DNA from: Orbicella franksi
Lineage: Eukaryota
Direction: 5' to 3'
DNA: 64,000 nucleotides
Assembly: GCA_964199315.1 (NCBI GenBank)
Contig: OZ116706.1
Coordinates: 31,124,001-31,188,000 of the forward strand
The stretch's first letter is position 1. Every line of letters starts with the position of its first letter. The position numbers and the translations under genes are program-made. Shown in pieces: positions 48,467 to 61,459 of this stretch. Under the pieces are notes generated by a model. It had not been told where the DNA came from, searched no databases, and was given only the letters and a program-made list of their open reading frames with translations.

Positions 48467-49790
48467 CAAGATGGCGGCAAATTAGACTATCATGGCCGTT
48501 GTTTGGACTTCATCCTCTTTTCAACCCGTCAAAGAGATTGGATTCTAGTATCAAGAGATGAAATTCCAGGCGACCAGACTGCCTTGATGTAAAGACAAAA
48601 ACAAGCAAATTGCTAGGAAAAACGCTATTAGACCTGAAATGTATGACTTCGTCTCAAGATGCGGGCCATATCAGACTAACACTGCCGATGTTTGACATCA
48701 CTCTGTTTTTCACCCGTTAAAGGGATGGGATTCTACCTTCGAGAGATGAAGTTTTACGTTACACTTTTATATCTTGATATTCTCATCAAAAGTACCAAGC
48801 TACTAGATAAAAAGTTATTAGACCAGAAAATTTACACTTCGCTTCAAGATGGCGGCAATCTTAGACTATCGTGGCCGTTGTTTGGACTTCATCCTCTTTT
48901 CAGCCCGTGAAAGAGATGGAATTCTAATATCGAGAGATGAAGTTCCAGGCGACAGTAGACTGCCGTGATGTAAAGACAAAAACTAGCAAGGTACTAGGAA
49001 AAACGCTGTTAGACCTAAACTGTTCGACTTCGTCTCAAGATGGGGGCCATATCACACTAACACTGCAGATGTTTGACATCACTCTGTTTTTCACTCGTTA
49101 AAGAGATGGCAGTCTACTATCGAGAGGTGAAGTTTTACGTTACAATTTTATATCTTGACATTCTCATCAAAACTACCAAGCTACTAAATAAAAAGTTATT
49201 AGACCAGAAAAAATTTACACTTCGTTTCAAGATGGCGGCCATGTTAGACTGTCTGGCGAGTTACTAGAGAAAAACGCTATTAGACCTGAAATGTATGACT
49301 TCGTCCCAAGATGAGGGCCATATAAGACTAACACTGCTGATGTTTGGCATCATTCTTTTTTTCACCAGTTGAAGAACAGATGGGATCATCGAGAGATGAA
49401 ATTTTACGTTACAATTTTGTCTCTTGATATTCCCACCAAAACTAACAAGCTACTACATAAGAAGTTATTAGACCAAAACGTTTCAAGATGGCGGCCATAT
49501 TAAAGTATCGTGGCCGTTGTTTGGGCTTCATCCTCTTTTCAACCTGTGAGAGAGATGGGATTCTAAGATCGAGAGATGAAGTTCCAGGCGACAGTAGGCT
49601 GCCTTGATGTAAAAAAAAAAAAAAACTAGCAACGTACTAGGAAAAACGTTAAAAGACCCGAGATGCTGGACTTCATTTGAAGATGGTGGCCATATTAGAC
49701 TAACTGGCCGATGTTTCACAACATTCTCTTTTTCACCAGTTGAAAAGATGGGATTTTACTATCGAGAGACGAAGGTTTAAAAGTTTTATA
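48467..49790 (+). repeat. Satellite family B, ~190-bp subunits in ~380-bp dimers, YY1-motif-rich
   Basis: CAAGATGGCGGC at 48467, 48845, 49228 and 49484, with alternating variant subunits between them. Confidence 0.85.
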
Positions 49791-49859
49791 TCTTGATATA
49801 TATTGATAGTTTTATATCTTGATATAGATATAGAAACTGAAGAACAAGGTCTCTTTTCC

Positions 49860-51312
49860 AGTGTTTAAGTTAGCTTAACAGGGACTATATATATTTCGAC
49901 CTGCATGCTCATCACCAAGCGTTCAATTACTTTTTCCCTGTCGATTTGACTGAAAACCAAAGTCTTCTCAAGTTAGTTTAGAGTCCCTGGGAGTCGGAAA
50001 TATTGTCCAAGTTCTTGGAAATCAAGCCTAAGTAGGTCAAAATGAAGATGCGCGTAACCCGGTCTCGGCGACTTTTCCAGTCAGTTTAAGTAAGTTTAAC
50101 AGGGGCTATCTTTCAGCCAGACTGCTCATAACCAAGCGTTCAATTATTTTTCTTGTCAATTTCACTCTAAACTAAGGTCTTCTCGAGTTAGCTTAGAGTC
50201 TCTGAAAGTGGGAAATATCGTCGAAGTTCTTGGAAATCGACCGTAAGTAGGTCAGAATCAAGGTACGCGAAGCCCGGTCTGCGACTTTCCAGTCACTAAC
50301 AAAGTTTAACAGGGGCTATATTTCGGCCAGACTGCTCAGAACGAAGCGTTCAATTGCTTTTCCCTGTGGATTTCACTGGAAACCAAGGTCTTCTCGAGTT
50401 AGTTTAAAGTCCCTGGGACTCGACAATATCGTCCAAGTTCTTGGAAATCGACCCTTAGAAAGTCAAAATCAAGGTGCGCGTAGCCCGGTCTCGGCGACTT
50501 TTTCATTCAGTTTAGGTGAGTTTAACAGGGGCTATATTTCGGCCAGACTGTCCGAAACCGAGAGTTCAATTATGTTTCCCCTGTCGATTTCACTGGAAAC
50601 CAACGCCTCCTCGAGTTAATTTAGAGTCCCTGGGACCGGGCAATGTCGTCCAATTCTTGGAAATCGATCCTAAGTAGATCAAAATCAAGGCGCGCATAGC
50701 CCGGTCTCGGCGACTTTTTCATTCAGTTTAGGTGAGTTTAACAGGGGCTATATTTCGGCCAAACCCAGCGTTCAATTATTTTGCGCCTGTCAATTTCACT
50801 GGAAACCAAGGTCTTCTCGTCCAAGTTTTTTGAAATCGACCCCAAGAAGATCAAAATCGAGATTCGCGTAACCCAGTCTCGGCGACTTTTACAGTCGGTT
50901 TAAGTGAGATTAACCGGAGCAATATTTCGGCCAGACTGTTCGAAACCGAGAGTTCAATTATTTTTTCTCTGTCGATTTCACTGGAAACCAACGCCTCCTC
51001 GAGTTAATTTAGAGTCCCTGGTACGGGGCAATGTCGTCCAAGTTCTTGGAAATCGATCCTAAGTAGGTCAAAATCAAGGCGCGCGTAGCCCGGTCTCGGC
51101 GACTTTTTCAGTCAGTTTAAGTAAGTTTGAGAGGGTCTATACTTCAGCCAAACTGAGCGTTCAATTATTTTGCGCCTGTCAATTTCATTGAAAAGCAAGG
51201 TCTCCTTGAGTTAGTTTAGAGTCCCTGGGACTCCGCAATGTCGTACAATTTCTAGCAATTCGACCCTAAGGGTGGGTAGCCCGGTCTCGGCGACTTTTTC
51301 AGTCAGTTTAAG
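49860..51312 (+). repeat. Satellite family A, ~213-bp monomers, + orientation
   Basis: The gagtccctggg anchor or a close variant recurs at about 49981, 50197, 50409, 50625, 51013 and 51220. Confidence 0.9.
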
Positions 51313-53030
51313 AATCTCAAACCCAAGCATTGTCCAAATCGACAGACTACCACAAGTGAAATAAACGTGTGTAGATTTTAGAAAGGGTCAAATCTAGCAT
51401 TTTTAAAAGGCCCAGTAAGCATAGTTTGAGATCCCGACACCAAAACCGCGAGTATGGCGCATCTGTAAACGGGCGAGAACTTACTAGAGAAAAGAAAGTT
51501 GATATGGGCAAGAATCTCTCACCCAGGCACTGTCCAAATCGATAAACTTCCACAAGTGAAATACACGTGTGTATTTTTGGGGAGAGGCTAAAAATAGCAT
51601 CTTTAAAAAGTTAGGTAAGCATTAGTTGGGATACCCGCTTCTAAAACGCGAGTGTGGCACATCTCTAAACGCGCGAAAACTTACGAGAGAAAAGAAAGTT
51701 TATATGGGAGAGAATCTTCATCCTAAGCACTGTCCAAATCGGTAGACTTCCACAAAAAAATCTTTTGTGTAGATTGTGGAGAGGACCAAAAGTATCATTT
51801 TTAAAGAGCCATGTAAGCATAGTTTGGGATCCCCACACCAAAAACGCGGGTTTGCCGCATTGCTAATTGCGCGAAAACACGAGAGTGAAAAAAAGATCTT
51901 AATAGGCAAAAATCTTTAACCCAGGCATTGTCCAAAGCGAAAGACTTCGACAAGTGAAATACACGTGTGGAGATTTGAGAAAGGGCCAAATCTAGCATCT
52001 TTAAATATTCCAGTAAACACAGTTTAAGATCCCGAGACCAAAACCGCGAGTTTGACGCATCTCTAAGCGCGCGAGAACTGACTAGACAAAAGAAAATTGA
52101 TGTAGGCGAGAATCTCATAATCAAGTACTGTCCAAATTAATAGACTTCCACAAGTGAAATACACGTGTGCAGATTTAGGGAAATGCTAAAAGTAGCATCT
52201 TTAAAAAGTTAGGTAAGCATTGGTTCGGACCCCTGCACCTAAAACGCGAGTGTGGCGCATCTCTAGACGAGCGAGAACTTACGAGAGAAAAGAAAGTTTA
52301 TAGGGGCAAGAATCTCCAACCCAAGCACTGGCCAAATCGATAGACTCCAACAAGTGAAATACACGTGTGTAGATTTGGGGGGGGGGGGGGGCTAAACGTA
52401 GCATCTTTAAAAAGTCAGGTAAGCATTGGTTGGGATCCTCGCACCTAAAACGCGAGGGTGGTGCATCTGTAGACGCGCGAGAACTTACGAGAGAAAAGAA
52501 GGTTGATATTAGCGAGAATGTCCAATCCAAACACTGTCCAAATCGATACCCTTACACAAGTGAAATACACGTGTGTAGATTTGAGAAAGGGCTAAATCTA
52601 GCATCTTCAAAAAGTCCAGTAAGCATAGTTTGAGACCTCGAAACGTAAACTGCGAGTGTGGCGCATCTCTAAACGCGCGAGAACTTACGAGAGAAAGGAC
52701 AGTTGATTTGGGCGCGAATCTGACTGGTTGGGATCCTCGCACCTAAAGCGCGACTGTGGCGCATCTCTAAACGCAAAGAACTTACGAGAGAAAAAAAGTT
52801 GGTATGGGCGAGAATCTCCAACCCAAACACTGTCCAAATCGATATACCTGCACATGTTAAATGCACGTGCGTAGATTTGGGGGAGGGCTAAAAGTTGCAT
52901 CTTTAAAAAGTTAGGTAAGCACTAGTTGGGATCCCTGCACCTAAAACGGGAGTGTAGCACATCTCCAAACGCGCGAGAACTTACGAGAGAAAAGAAAGTT
53001 GATATGGGCTAGAATCTTTTACCCCATGAG
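51313..53030 (-). repeat. Satellite family C, ~200-bp monomers, reverse orientation
   Basis: cacaagtgaaatacacgtg or a close variant recurs about every 200 bp; the array is the reverse complement of the one at 61460-64000. Confidence 0.9.
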
Positions 53031-53894
53031 GGGACGCAAATGACTTTTACTGGAAGTATTTCTTCCAGTTTTTTTTTAATTCTATGAGAACAGGGCTGTA
53101 TTCCTCTCGGGCTGTGGGTGTAATTCGTAAAAACACTGAATTCTTATAAATCGTTTAGAAATTCTTCGTTCCAGTTCAAATTTATGCTGCTGGCACATGG
53201 GTGGACAATTTATATGTAGAGCGTGATGTAAGATACCTTAAACTATTTTTACTGTTCATGATGCATTGCTACGTTAGTCTGCTTTATAAATATTTAACTG
53301 CAGTGGTCGAGTTGATTAAACGTTCTTTTTAAGCGTTCTTGTTAGAAATGATGCAAAGTTTTTTTTAGGAAATTCAATTTGAAGAAAAGGTCCTGTTAGT
53401 ACCTTCGTGTTACTTAATGACAATTTTGCGGGGTTTCTTTTACCAGGGCGCTTCATGACGCCTCCTGGAATAAGCGGATCAATATCAGCATGTGGGCAAA
53501 TGACCTTACATAAATATAACGATGTAAAATTATCAAAATCGCCTTCTGTTACTCATGACTCCAAAATAGCCTCATGTAATTTTTTTCTTAAATCAGTCGA
53601 ATTAACATCAGTAAATCGGCCGAATTAAAAAAAAATTAAATCGCACTGTTTACTTTTAAAGCACTAATAGTGTCGTGATTGCATTTTAAAGCTTGTCTCA
53701 TATTCCATCGGCCATTTCTGGTTTATTTTTTATTTAACATCATCGACATGTCACTAAAACGGATTATGACGCCTTCCCTGGCCGCAAGACGAAGAATCCT
53801 AGTGAGAGTGTATAAGGAATGCTAGGGAAATTTCCTACCATTTCTCTGCGGTACTTACAATAAAAGCCCCGTGCGTCCCGTCATGCGTCTATTT

Positions 53895-56310
53895 TCAGGG
53901 ACTTGGGCGATATTTCTAGGTGACAGGGACTCTAAACTAATTAGAGAAGACTTTGGTTTTCAGTGAAATGGACAGAGGAAAAATTTTAAAAGGCTTGTTT
54001 ATAAGTAGTCTGGCCGAAATATAGCCACTTAGTGACTAGAAAGTCTCCGAGGCCGGGCAACGCTCAGCGTGATTTTGACCAAATTTGGGTCGATTTCCAA
54101 AACCTTGCGCGTTATTTCCAAGTCCCAGGGACTCTAAATTAAATTAAGAAGACTTTGGTTTTAAATGAAAAGGACAGAGGAAAATTTTTGAACGCTTGGT
54201 TATAAGCAGTCTGGCCAAAATATAGCCCCTCTTTAACTCACTTAGTGACTAGAAAGTCGCCGAGACCGGATTTTGACCAACTTTCTGTCGATTTCCAAAA
54301 ACTTGGGCGATATTTCCAAGTCCTAGGGACTCTAAACTAATTCGAGAAGACTTTGGTTTTCAGTGAAATGGACAGAGGACAAATGTTTGAACGCTCACTT
54401 ATAAGCAGTGTGGCCGAACTATACCTCCTGTTTAACTTACTTATTGACTAGAAAGTCACCGAGACCGGGCTACGCGCAGCGTGATTTTGACCAACTTTGG
54501 GTCGATTTCAAGAAACTTGGTTGATGTTTCCCAGTCCCAGGGACTCTAAACTAATTCGAGAAGACTTTGGTTTTCAGTGAAATGGACACAGGAAAAATTT
54601 TTGAACGCTTACTTATAAACAGTCTGGCAGAAATATAGCCTCTGTTTAACTCACTTAATGACTAGAAAGTCGCCGAGATCGGCCTACGTGCAGCGTGATT
54701 TTGACCAACTTTGGGTCGATTTCCAGAAACTTAGGCGATATTTCCCAGCCCTGGGGACTCTAAACTAATTCGGGAAGACTTTGGTTTTCAGTGAAATGGA
54801 GGGAGAAAACATTTTTGAACGTTTATTTTGGAGCAATCTGGCCGAAATATTAACTCACTAATTGACTATGACTGGAAAGTCGCCGAGACCAGCCTTAGAA
54901 GCAATTTGCCCGAAATATTAACCACCTTAGTAACTATGACTAGAAAGTGGCCGAGACCGGCCCACACCCAACGTGATTTTCACTAACTTTTGTGCCGATT
55001 TCGAGGAACTTGGGTGATATTTCCCAGCCCTAGGGACTGTAAACTAATTCCAAAAGACTTTGGTTTTCAGTGAAATGGAGAGAGGAAATATTTTTGAACG
55101 CTTACTTAGGACCATCTGCTCGAAATATTAACTTCCTTCGTGACTATGACTAGAAAGTGGCCGAGAGCGGCCTACGCGAAACGTGATTTTCAGCAACTTT
55201 GGGCCGATTTTCAGGAACTTAGGCGATATTTCCCAGTCCTAGGGACTCTGAAGTAATTCAAGAAGACTTTGGTTTTTAGTGAAATTGACAGAGGAAAAAT
55301 TATTGAACGCTTACTTGTCTTACTTAGGAGCAATCTGCCCGAAATAATTATTAACTCCTTTAGTGACTATAACTAGAAAGTGGCAGAGACCGGCCCACGC
55401 GCAACGTGATTTTCACCAACTTTGGACCGATTTCCAGAAACTTGGGCGATATCCCCAGCCCGAGGGATTCTAAACTAATTCCAGAAGACTTTGGTTTTCA
55501 GTGAAAAGGACAGAGGAAAAAGTTTTGAACGCTAACTTAGGAGCAATCTGCTCGAAATATTAACTACCTTAGCAACTACGACTAGAAAGTGGCCGCGACG
55601 GGCCCACGGAAAACGTGATTTTCACCAGCTTTGGGCCGATTTCCAGGAACTTGGGCGATATATCCCAGCCCTACGGACTCTAAACTAATTGCAGAAGACT
55701 TTGGTCTTAAGTGAAATGGACAGAGAAAATATTTTAGAACACTTACTTAGGAGCAATCTGCCAGAAATATTAACTCCTTTAGTGACTATGACTAGAAAGT
55801 GGCCGAGACCGGCCCACGCGCAACGTAATCTTCAGCAACTTTGGGCCGATTTCCAGAAACTTGGGCGATATTTCCCAGACCTAGAGACTAAACTAATTGC
55901 AGAAGACTCTGGTTTTCAGTGACATGGACAGAGGAAAAATTTTTGAACGCTTACTTAGGAGCAATCTGCTCGAAATATTAACTTCCTTAGTGTGATTTTA
56001 AGACTGAAAAAGTAGCCGAGACCGCCTTACGCGCAGCGTGATTTTGACCAACTTTGAGTTGATTTGAAGAAAATTGGGGGATATTTTCCAGTCCCACGGA
56101 CTCTAAACTAACTCCTGGTGGCCTTGGTTTTCAGTAAAATGGACAGAGGAAAATAAATTGAACGCTCGCTTACGGGCTTCTAGGTCGAAATATAACCCCA
56201 CTTTATTTTAAGACTGAAAAAGTAGCAGAGACCGCCTTATGCGCAGCGTAATTTTGACCAACTTCGGGTCGATTTCCGGGAACTTGGGGGATATTTTCCA
56301 GTCACTAACT
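53895..56310 (-). repeat. Satellite family A, ~210-bp monomers, reverse orientation (~11 copies)
   Basis: gggactctaaactaatt and aagactttggttttcagtgaaatggacagagg recur about every 200-220 bp. Confidence 0.92.
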
Positions 56311-56329
56311 CGTGATCGGAGCAATTAAT

Positions 56330-56616
56330 TATTTTTCCTCTGTCCATTTCACTAAAACCCAAGGCTATCACAGGTTAGTTTAAAGTCCTTGGGACTGGAA
56401 ATCGACCCAAGGTTAGTCAAAATCACGCTGCGCGTGAGGCGGTCTCGGCTAGTTTTTTAGTCTTAAGATTAACTAAAGCTATATTTCGGCCTAGAAGTTC
56501 GAAACTGAGCCTTCAATTATTTTTCCTCTGTCCATTTCACTAAAAACCAAGGTCACCAGGAGTTAGTTTAGAGTCCCTGATACTGGAAAACATCCCCCAA
56601 TTTTCTTCAAATCGAC
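56330..56616 (+). repeat. Satellite family A, + orientation, interrupted by transposon
   Basis: ttttcctctgtccatttcactaaaa units; the array resumes at 58440-58478 after the insertion. Confidence 0.8.
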
Positions 56617-58439
56617 CAGGAGCCATAATCGGGGACGGAGACCGTAAGCGCGCGCCATTTCTAGTATTGGGGTTGTCCCCATGATATGGGACAATAATGC
56701 TATTTTTAGAACAAATTGCGCTATCGCCTGCGGCACACGCGCGTACATGCTGCGAGGATTTTTGCGGATGTTGCGCGGGAGAAATGGCGTCCGAAATTCC
56801 CGAAATTTTTCATGTTTTTGGCCCACAACTCAACGCGTTTACGTTTGTTGGAATTTTTCTTAAGTAGTTTCGTCGTAAGCTGCTCCAGTTTGAGTGAAGT
56901 AAGACAGTGTCGAATTTAGGTATCTTCCGCTTTAAGCTTATATATATCGCTGACCAGGTTGTGTTTCGACGGATGCTTCTTTTACATGAGCTGTACATTA
57001 CTCCACTTTAAATTTCACGTATGTTGAAGATTAACAGCTTTTCCATTACACAGCAAAAAACTAGGTGGATATATTTCGATACAGCAGAGCTTCAGGACTT
57101 CATAGTTTCCCAGCTCCTCTTGCCACACGCTTGCGAGGAATTTGCCAGTCTATCGTGACTGAAAAGTAAAACAAAATAATTGCTAGTTTGGTCAGTTTGA
57201 GTTTCGCCTGAATTGTAAGCAACGCTTGATGTTTCATCAAGGCCCAATAACTTTACGTCCGTAGATACTGCTCAGTTTTATTCGTGTAAAAATCCAGTAA
57301 ATTCTCTGTTGTCGATGAATGAGAGCGCCCGCCGATGCGTGTTTTGTACAGTCAGTAAATATGACAAATTGTACTTCCGCCGCCAAAGCGTATATCGAAC
57401 TCAAACAATAACTCTATAGTTTTTAAATATGTTTAAGATTGATAAATGTTTGAGAACATATTAGAAGCTAAGCTGAAAATATGTGAATAAAACAGAAATA
57501 ATCAGCAAAGTTACGATGACGCTTTCTTTAATCAACTTCGCATAACGATTTCGATTTTGTTGATCGAGTCATCAAAACTCCTTGTCTATTTTCATTTTCG
57601 CAGTGTAAAACTTCGCTATGCTTATGGTGAAGAAACACACATGATGCTAGTAGCCTTTTTTGCGTTGGTGAAATTTGTTGCAGCATCTCAGCACAAAAGA
57701 TAAAGAGAGAAATCTTTGTCAAGATTTGTTGATTATTGAAAACACCGACTCGGACTTGAAAGTGCACGGGCTGCACTATGCAAATGAGCTAATTGTACGC
57801 GTCAGACTTTCCTTTCAAAAACTTTTGCAAACTCACTAAACCAGCAGAAACAATAAGAAACCATCAAAACAGGCTTTGGTTATGATTAACCATTGTCTGA
57901 GAAACTCACAAATTAACTCGATACCAGAGTAGAGAGTTTTCTTGCTATATTCTTAAGTCAAAACAAACGCAAAAACATGCGTAAGCTTACAACTAGCGCG
58001 AGCAGATCTTATTTCTCATTCCCAGCGCGAGATTGAAGTCGACCCTGAAAAACCCACCTTTTCCGTTAGCTCAGAGCATAAAACTACATATAAGCGCCCT
58101 GTTTCGTATTCCCTGCCTTATTCCCTGCCATCGATGTGAAAAATACGCAAGATAATCTCTCAAGGTCTCTCAACTCTCACCATTTTTATGACGCAACGTG
58201 ACAACATCCCCGCGAGAGCCCCCGACATGTGCCAACCTCGTTCCCAGGGTCCTCTCTTTTCCTCCCTCGAGGGAGGAAGAGAGAGGACCCTGGGAACGAG
58301 GTTGGACATGTGCGTGGATCCGCGCGGATATATGATGTCAGGATAGCGCAATTTGTTCTAAAAATAGAAAAATTGTCCCATATCATAGGTGTGCGCGGAT
58401 CCCAAGGCTTACGGTCTCCGTCCCCGATTATAGCTCCTG
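56617..58439. mobile_element. 1823-bp non-autonomous DNA transposon (P-element-like: CA..TG ends, 7-bp TSD)
   Basis: 33-bp TIR CAGGAGC(C/T)ATAATCGGGGACGGAGACCGTAAGC at both ends; an additional subterminal inverted repeat (atgatatgggacaat...ttagaacaaattgcgctatc); TSD AATCGAC at 56610-56616 and 58440-58446. No transposase recognised. Confidence 0.8.
58233..58304. mobile_element. 72-bp palindromic mini-MITE nested in the P-like element
   Basis: CAACCTCGTTCCCAGGGTCCTCTCT...AGAGAGGACCCTGGGAACGAGGTTG; 9-bp TSD GACATGTGC at 58224-58232 and 58305-58313. Confidence 0.88.
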
Positions 58440-58478
58440 AATCGACCCAAAGTTGGTCAAAATCACGCTGCGCGTAAG

Positions 58479-59165
58479 CCCCACTTCATTTTAAGACTAA
58501 AAAAATAGCCGAGACCGCCTTACGCGCAGCTTGATTTTGACGAACTTTGGGTCGATTTCCAGGAACTTGGGGGATATTTTTCAGTCCAGGGGACTCAAAG
58601 CTAACTCGTGATGGCCTTGGTTTTTGGTGAAATGGACAGAGGTAAAACGATCGCACGCTTGGTTTCAAGCTTCTAGGCCGAAATATAGCCCCACTTCATT
58701 TTAAGACGAAAAAAGTAGCCTAGACCGCCTTACGCGCACCGTGATTTCGACCAACTTTGGGTCAATTTCCAGGAACTTGGAGAATATTTTCCAGTCCCGA
58801 GGACTGGAAACTTACTCGTGATCGCCCTGGCTTTCTGTGAAATGGACAGAGGTAAAACAATCCTACGCTCTGTTTCGAGCTTCTAGGCCGAAATATAGCC
58901 CCACTTCATTTTAAGTCTGAAAAAGTAGCCGAGGTCGCCTTACGCGCAGCGCGATTTTGACTTTGGGTCGATTTCCAGGAACTTGGGGGATATTGTCCTG
59001 TCCCGGGGACTCTAAACTAACTCGTGATGGTCTTGGTTTTCGGTGAAATGGACAGAGGTAAAACGATCGCACGCTCGGTTTCGAGCTTCTAGGCCGAAAT
59101 ATAGGCCCACTTTATTTTAAGACTGAAAAAATAGCCGGGACCGCCTTACGCTCAGCGTGATTTTG
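58479..59165 (-). repeat. Satellite family A, reverse orientation (~3.3 copies)
   Basis: ~208-bp units with ccccacttcattttaagact...gagaccgccttacgcgca. Confidence 0.85.
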
Positions 59166-60689
59166 TTAAGTCGAAAAACATACTTATTTGATAGATATGA
59201 AAATGTGAAAGCTTTCTGGTCAATGAATGAAAACATTTTTTAGCTTTATTTGCGTTCATAATGTATTTAGTTTAACATCGTGAATGCTTTCTGGAGGTAC
59301 AGATAATCATGTTACAACATCTTTATTGCGGCGGAAAGTATATATCTTGTCAGTAATGGTGTTTGAACGAAATATATATTTTTCATAAACGTAGTGATGA
59401 GAATTTCTTTACTTTCATACATCATTTGATTTCGACGTAAACACCACTTTTACCTCTAAAAAATCGGCTAAAAAGAAATTCGCTAAATGATTTCGCGAAA
59501 TTAAAAAAATAGACCATAAAACACAATTTAAAAGCACCTGTTCCAAATAATGGACTATTCCCAAATAATAGAACAAGAACTTGAAAATTGGGAACAAGAA
59601 AATTTCGCTGCATGATTAGCCTGTTTGTGTTAAAACTGGTATGAAATAAGTATTTTACTAAAGTCACGAGATCAGTTGGGCAAATTTTCCTGAAGGGTGT
59701 CTAAGGACTATAAATTATTGTGACAGCTATACGTTAGTTAGAAAGACTGTAGCATAGCTAGAAACAACAACGATTCAACTCTAACTCTGCTCAAATCCCG
59801 TTTTGTTGCAAACAATTCTATTTCTAACGACCATTTTGGAAAGGAAGATTCCTTACAAGCTGCTATAAATAATTAACAGAAGACAAGGACCCCTCAAAAC
59901 CTGAAATACGCTTTTGCCAATTCTGAAATCAGCTTAGGCGGTGTTCGACAAAGTCGTTGAAGAGTTCTTTCTCCGGCGAGGACATGAAGCCTGTATGTGA
60001 TAAATTAAATAAAATTATTTACAGCACAATTGCCACCGCAAAACGGTGAGTGCGTGGTTCGATAATATCATATAAATAGAAAGTAAAATGTTGCTTGCCT
60101 TACTCAGCTAATGTACCTTGTTACTTTGCCCCTTAAATCGTCGATTAAAGCCAGCAGAAACGATTCAAATTGCTGCAACATAAATGCGTTGCTAATTATA
60201 GCGAATACATAAATGGAAATGGAAATTGTATGGCGGTCGTTTGCGAGATTTCTATGTTGAAATGGAATGAGAAGTGTCATTAGTGCGCAGGCAAGGAGCT
60301 AAATTCTACAAGCAAAACGATCACAATCGTTTTAAGGTTGCGTTTTTAGTACCCTTCAGGTGTTACAGGGATATTATTATTGAAAAATGATGATTATGAT
60401 AATGGTTATGATTACTTTTTTATCAGGATCGCCTCATAGAACCGGCGCCTGTTATATACGGTAAATACCTAATTCAATACTTACAGATACTACACTATAC
60501 AAGCTCTCGGGTACTTGAACAAAGAGGCCTTAAGATTGGAAGGTTTTTGCGTGTTTTGGAGCATTTGTTGTACAACTAAAAAGCGCAAGCCGGCCAACGA
60601 GCCGAAAGCCAAGGGTGGTAGTCTAATGCTTTGCGCTTTAGGCGTATAACACCTTTGACAGCTGTAAGTTCTTCTATTTAGCGCAAGGG

Positions 60690-60900
60690 TCAGAACAGTG
60701 AAAGGGCTTTGAGATGGGGCCTACGGTTTTTTGTCCTTATCCTAGAAGACTGGAATGTCTAACCATTTGTATATGTCACAACAAAGGTAGCACATTCTTC
60801 TCAGTTATTTTAAGACCATAATAGTGTTGGTTCGGTCGGGGTTTGAACCCGGACCTCCTGCTTGGCAGACCGCCGCTTAACCCATTGAGTTAACCGGGTG
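60690..60900 (-). mobile_element. tRNA-derived SINE
   Basis: The minus strand has a tRNA-like head (ttaactcaatgggttaagcggcggtctgccaagcaggaggtccgggttcaaacccc) followed by a non-tRNA body. Confidence 0.6.
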
Positions 60901-61459
60901 ACGTTCAACATAAACGCCAGTACTGTTGGTCATGCTTTAAAGTTTACAGGCATTGTTTTCGAAGACGCAGTTTTTGAAACAAGAACAAATATGTGGCATA
61001 CGAATGCTACTATAAAGGTACTGGTGCTGTTGCTTTATCGTATATAAAGTGTGTTACACACTACTGGATATGCCCCATCGTAAGCTAAAGACAGGTACAT
61101 CAATTAGCAGTTAATTGATACGGCAGTACCTTCTGTTTAGGATAGTACGGAGTGGTGTTTTAAGCACCAAAGGCTGGTATTATATCGTAAGATGTGGCGA
61201 GTACCAGCACAGGCACAGCCAGATTAATCGATAATTACAATTGCGACTCAATAATTAGATATATTATATACAGTATATATCTAGGCACCTAGTGCACAAA
61301 TCAATATTTTGCCATAAAGAACGATAGTAATAATAGATATATTTAACAATTAGTTAACGGAAGCTGAGTATGATGTGAAAAATTGTGCATATCGATGTGA
61401 TCTGATAATTCTTCACATCATAAAAAAGCCGAATTCAATAATTAAATCTCACTCATATC

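Noticed and set aside
56860-58150. Transposase inside the P-like element
   Set aside because: No long ORF, THAP or DDE motif was seen in any frame.
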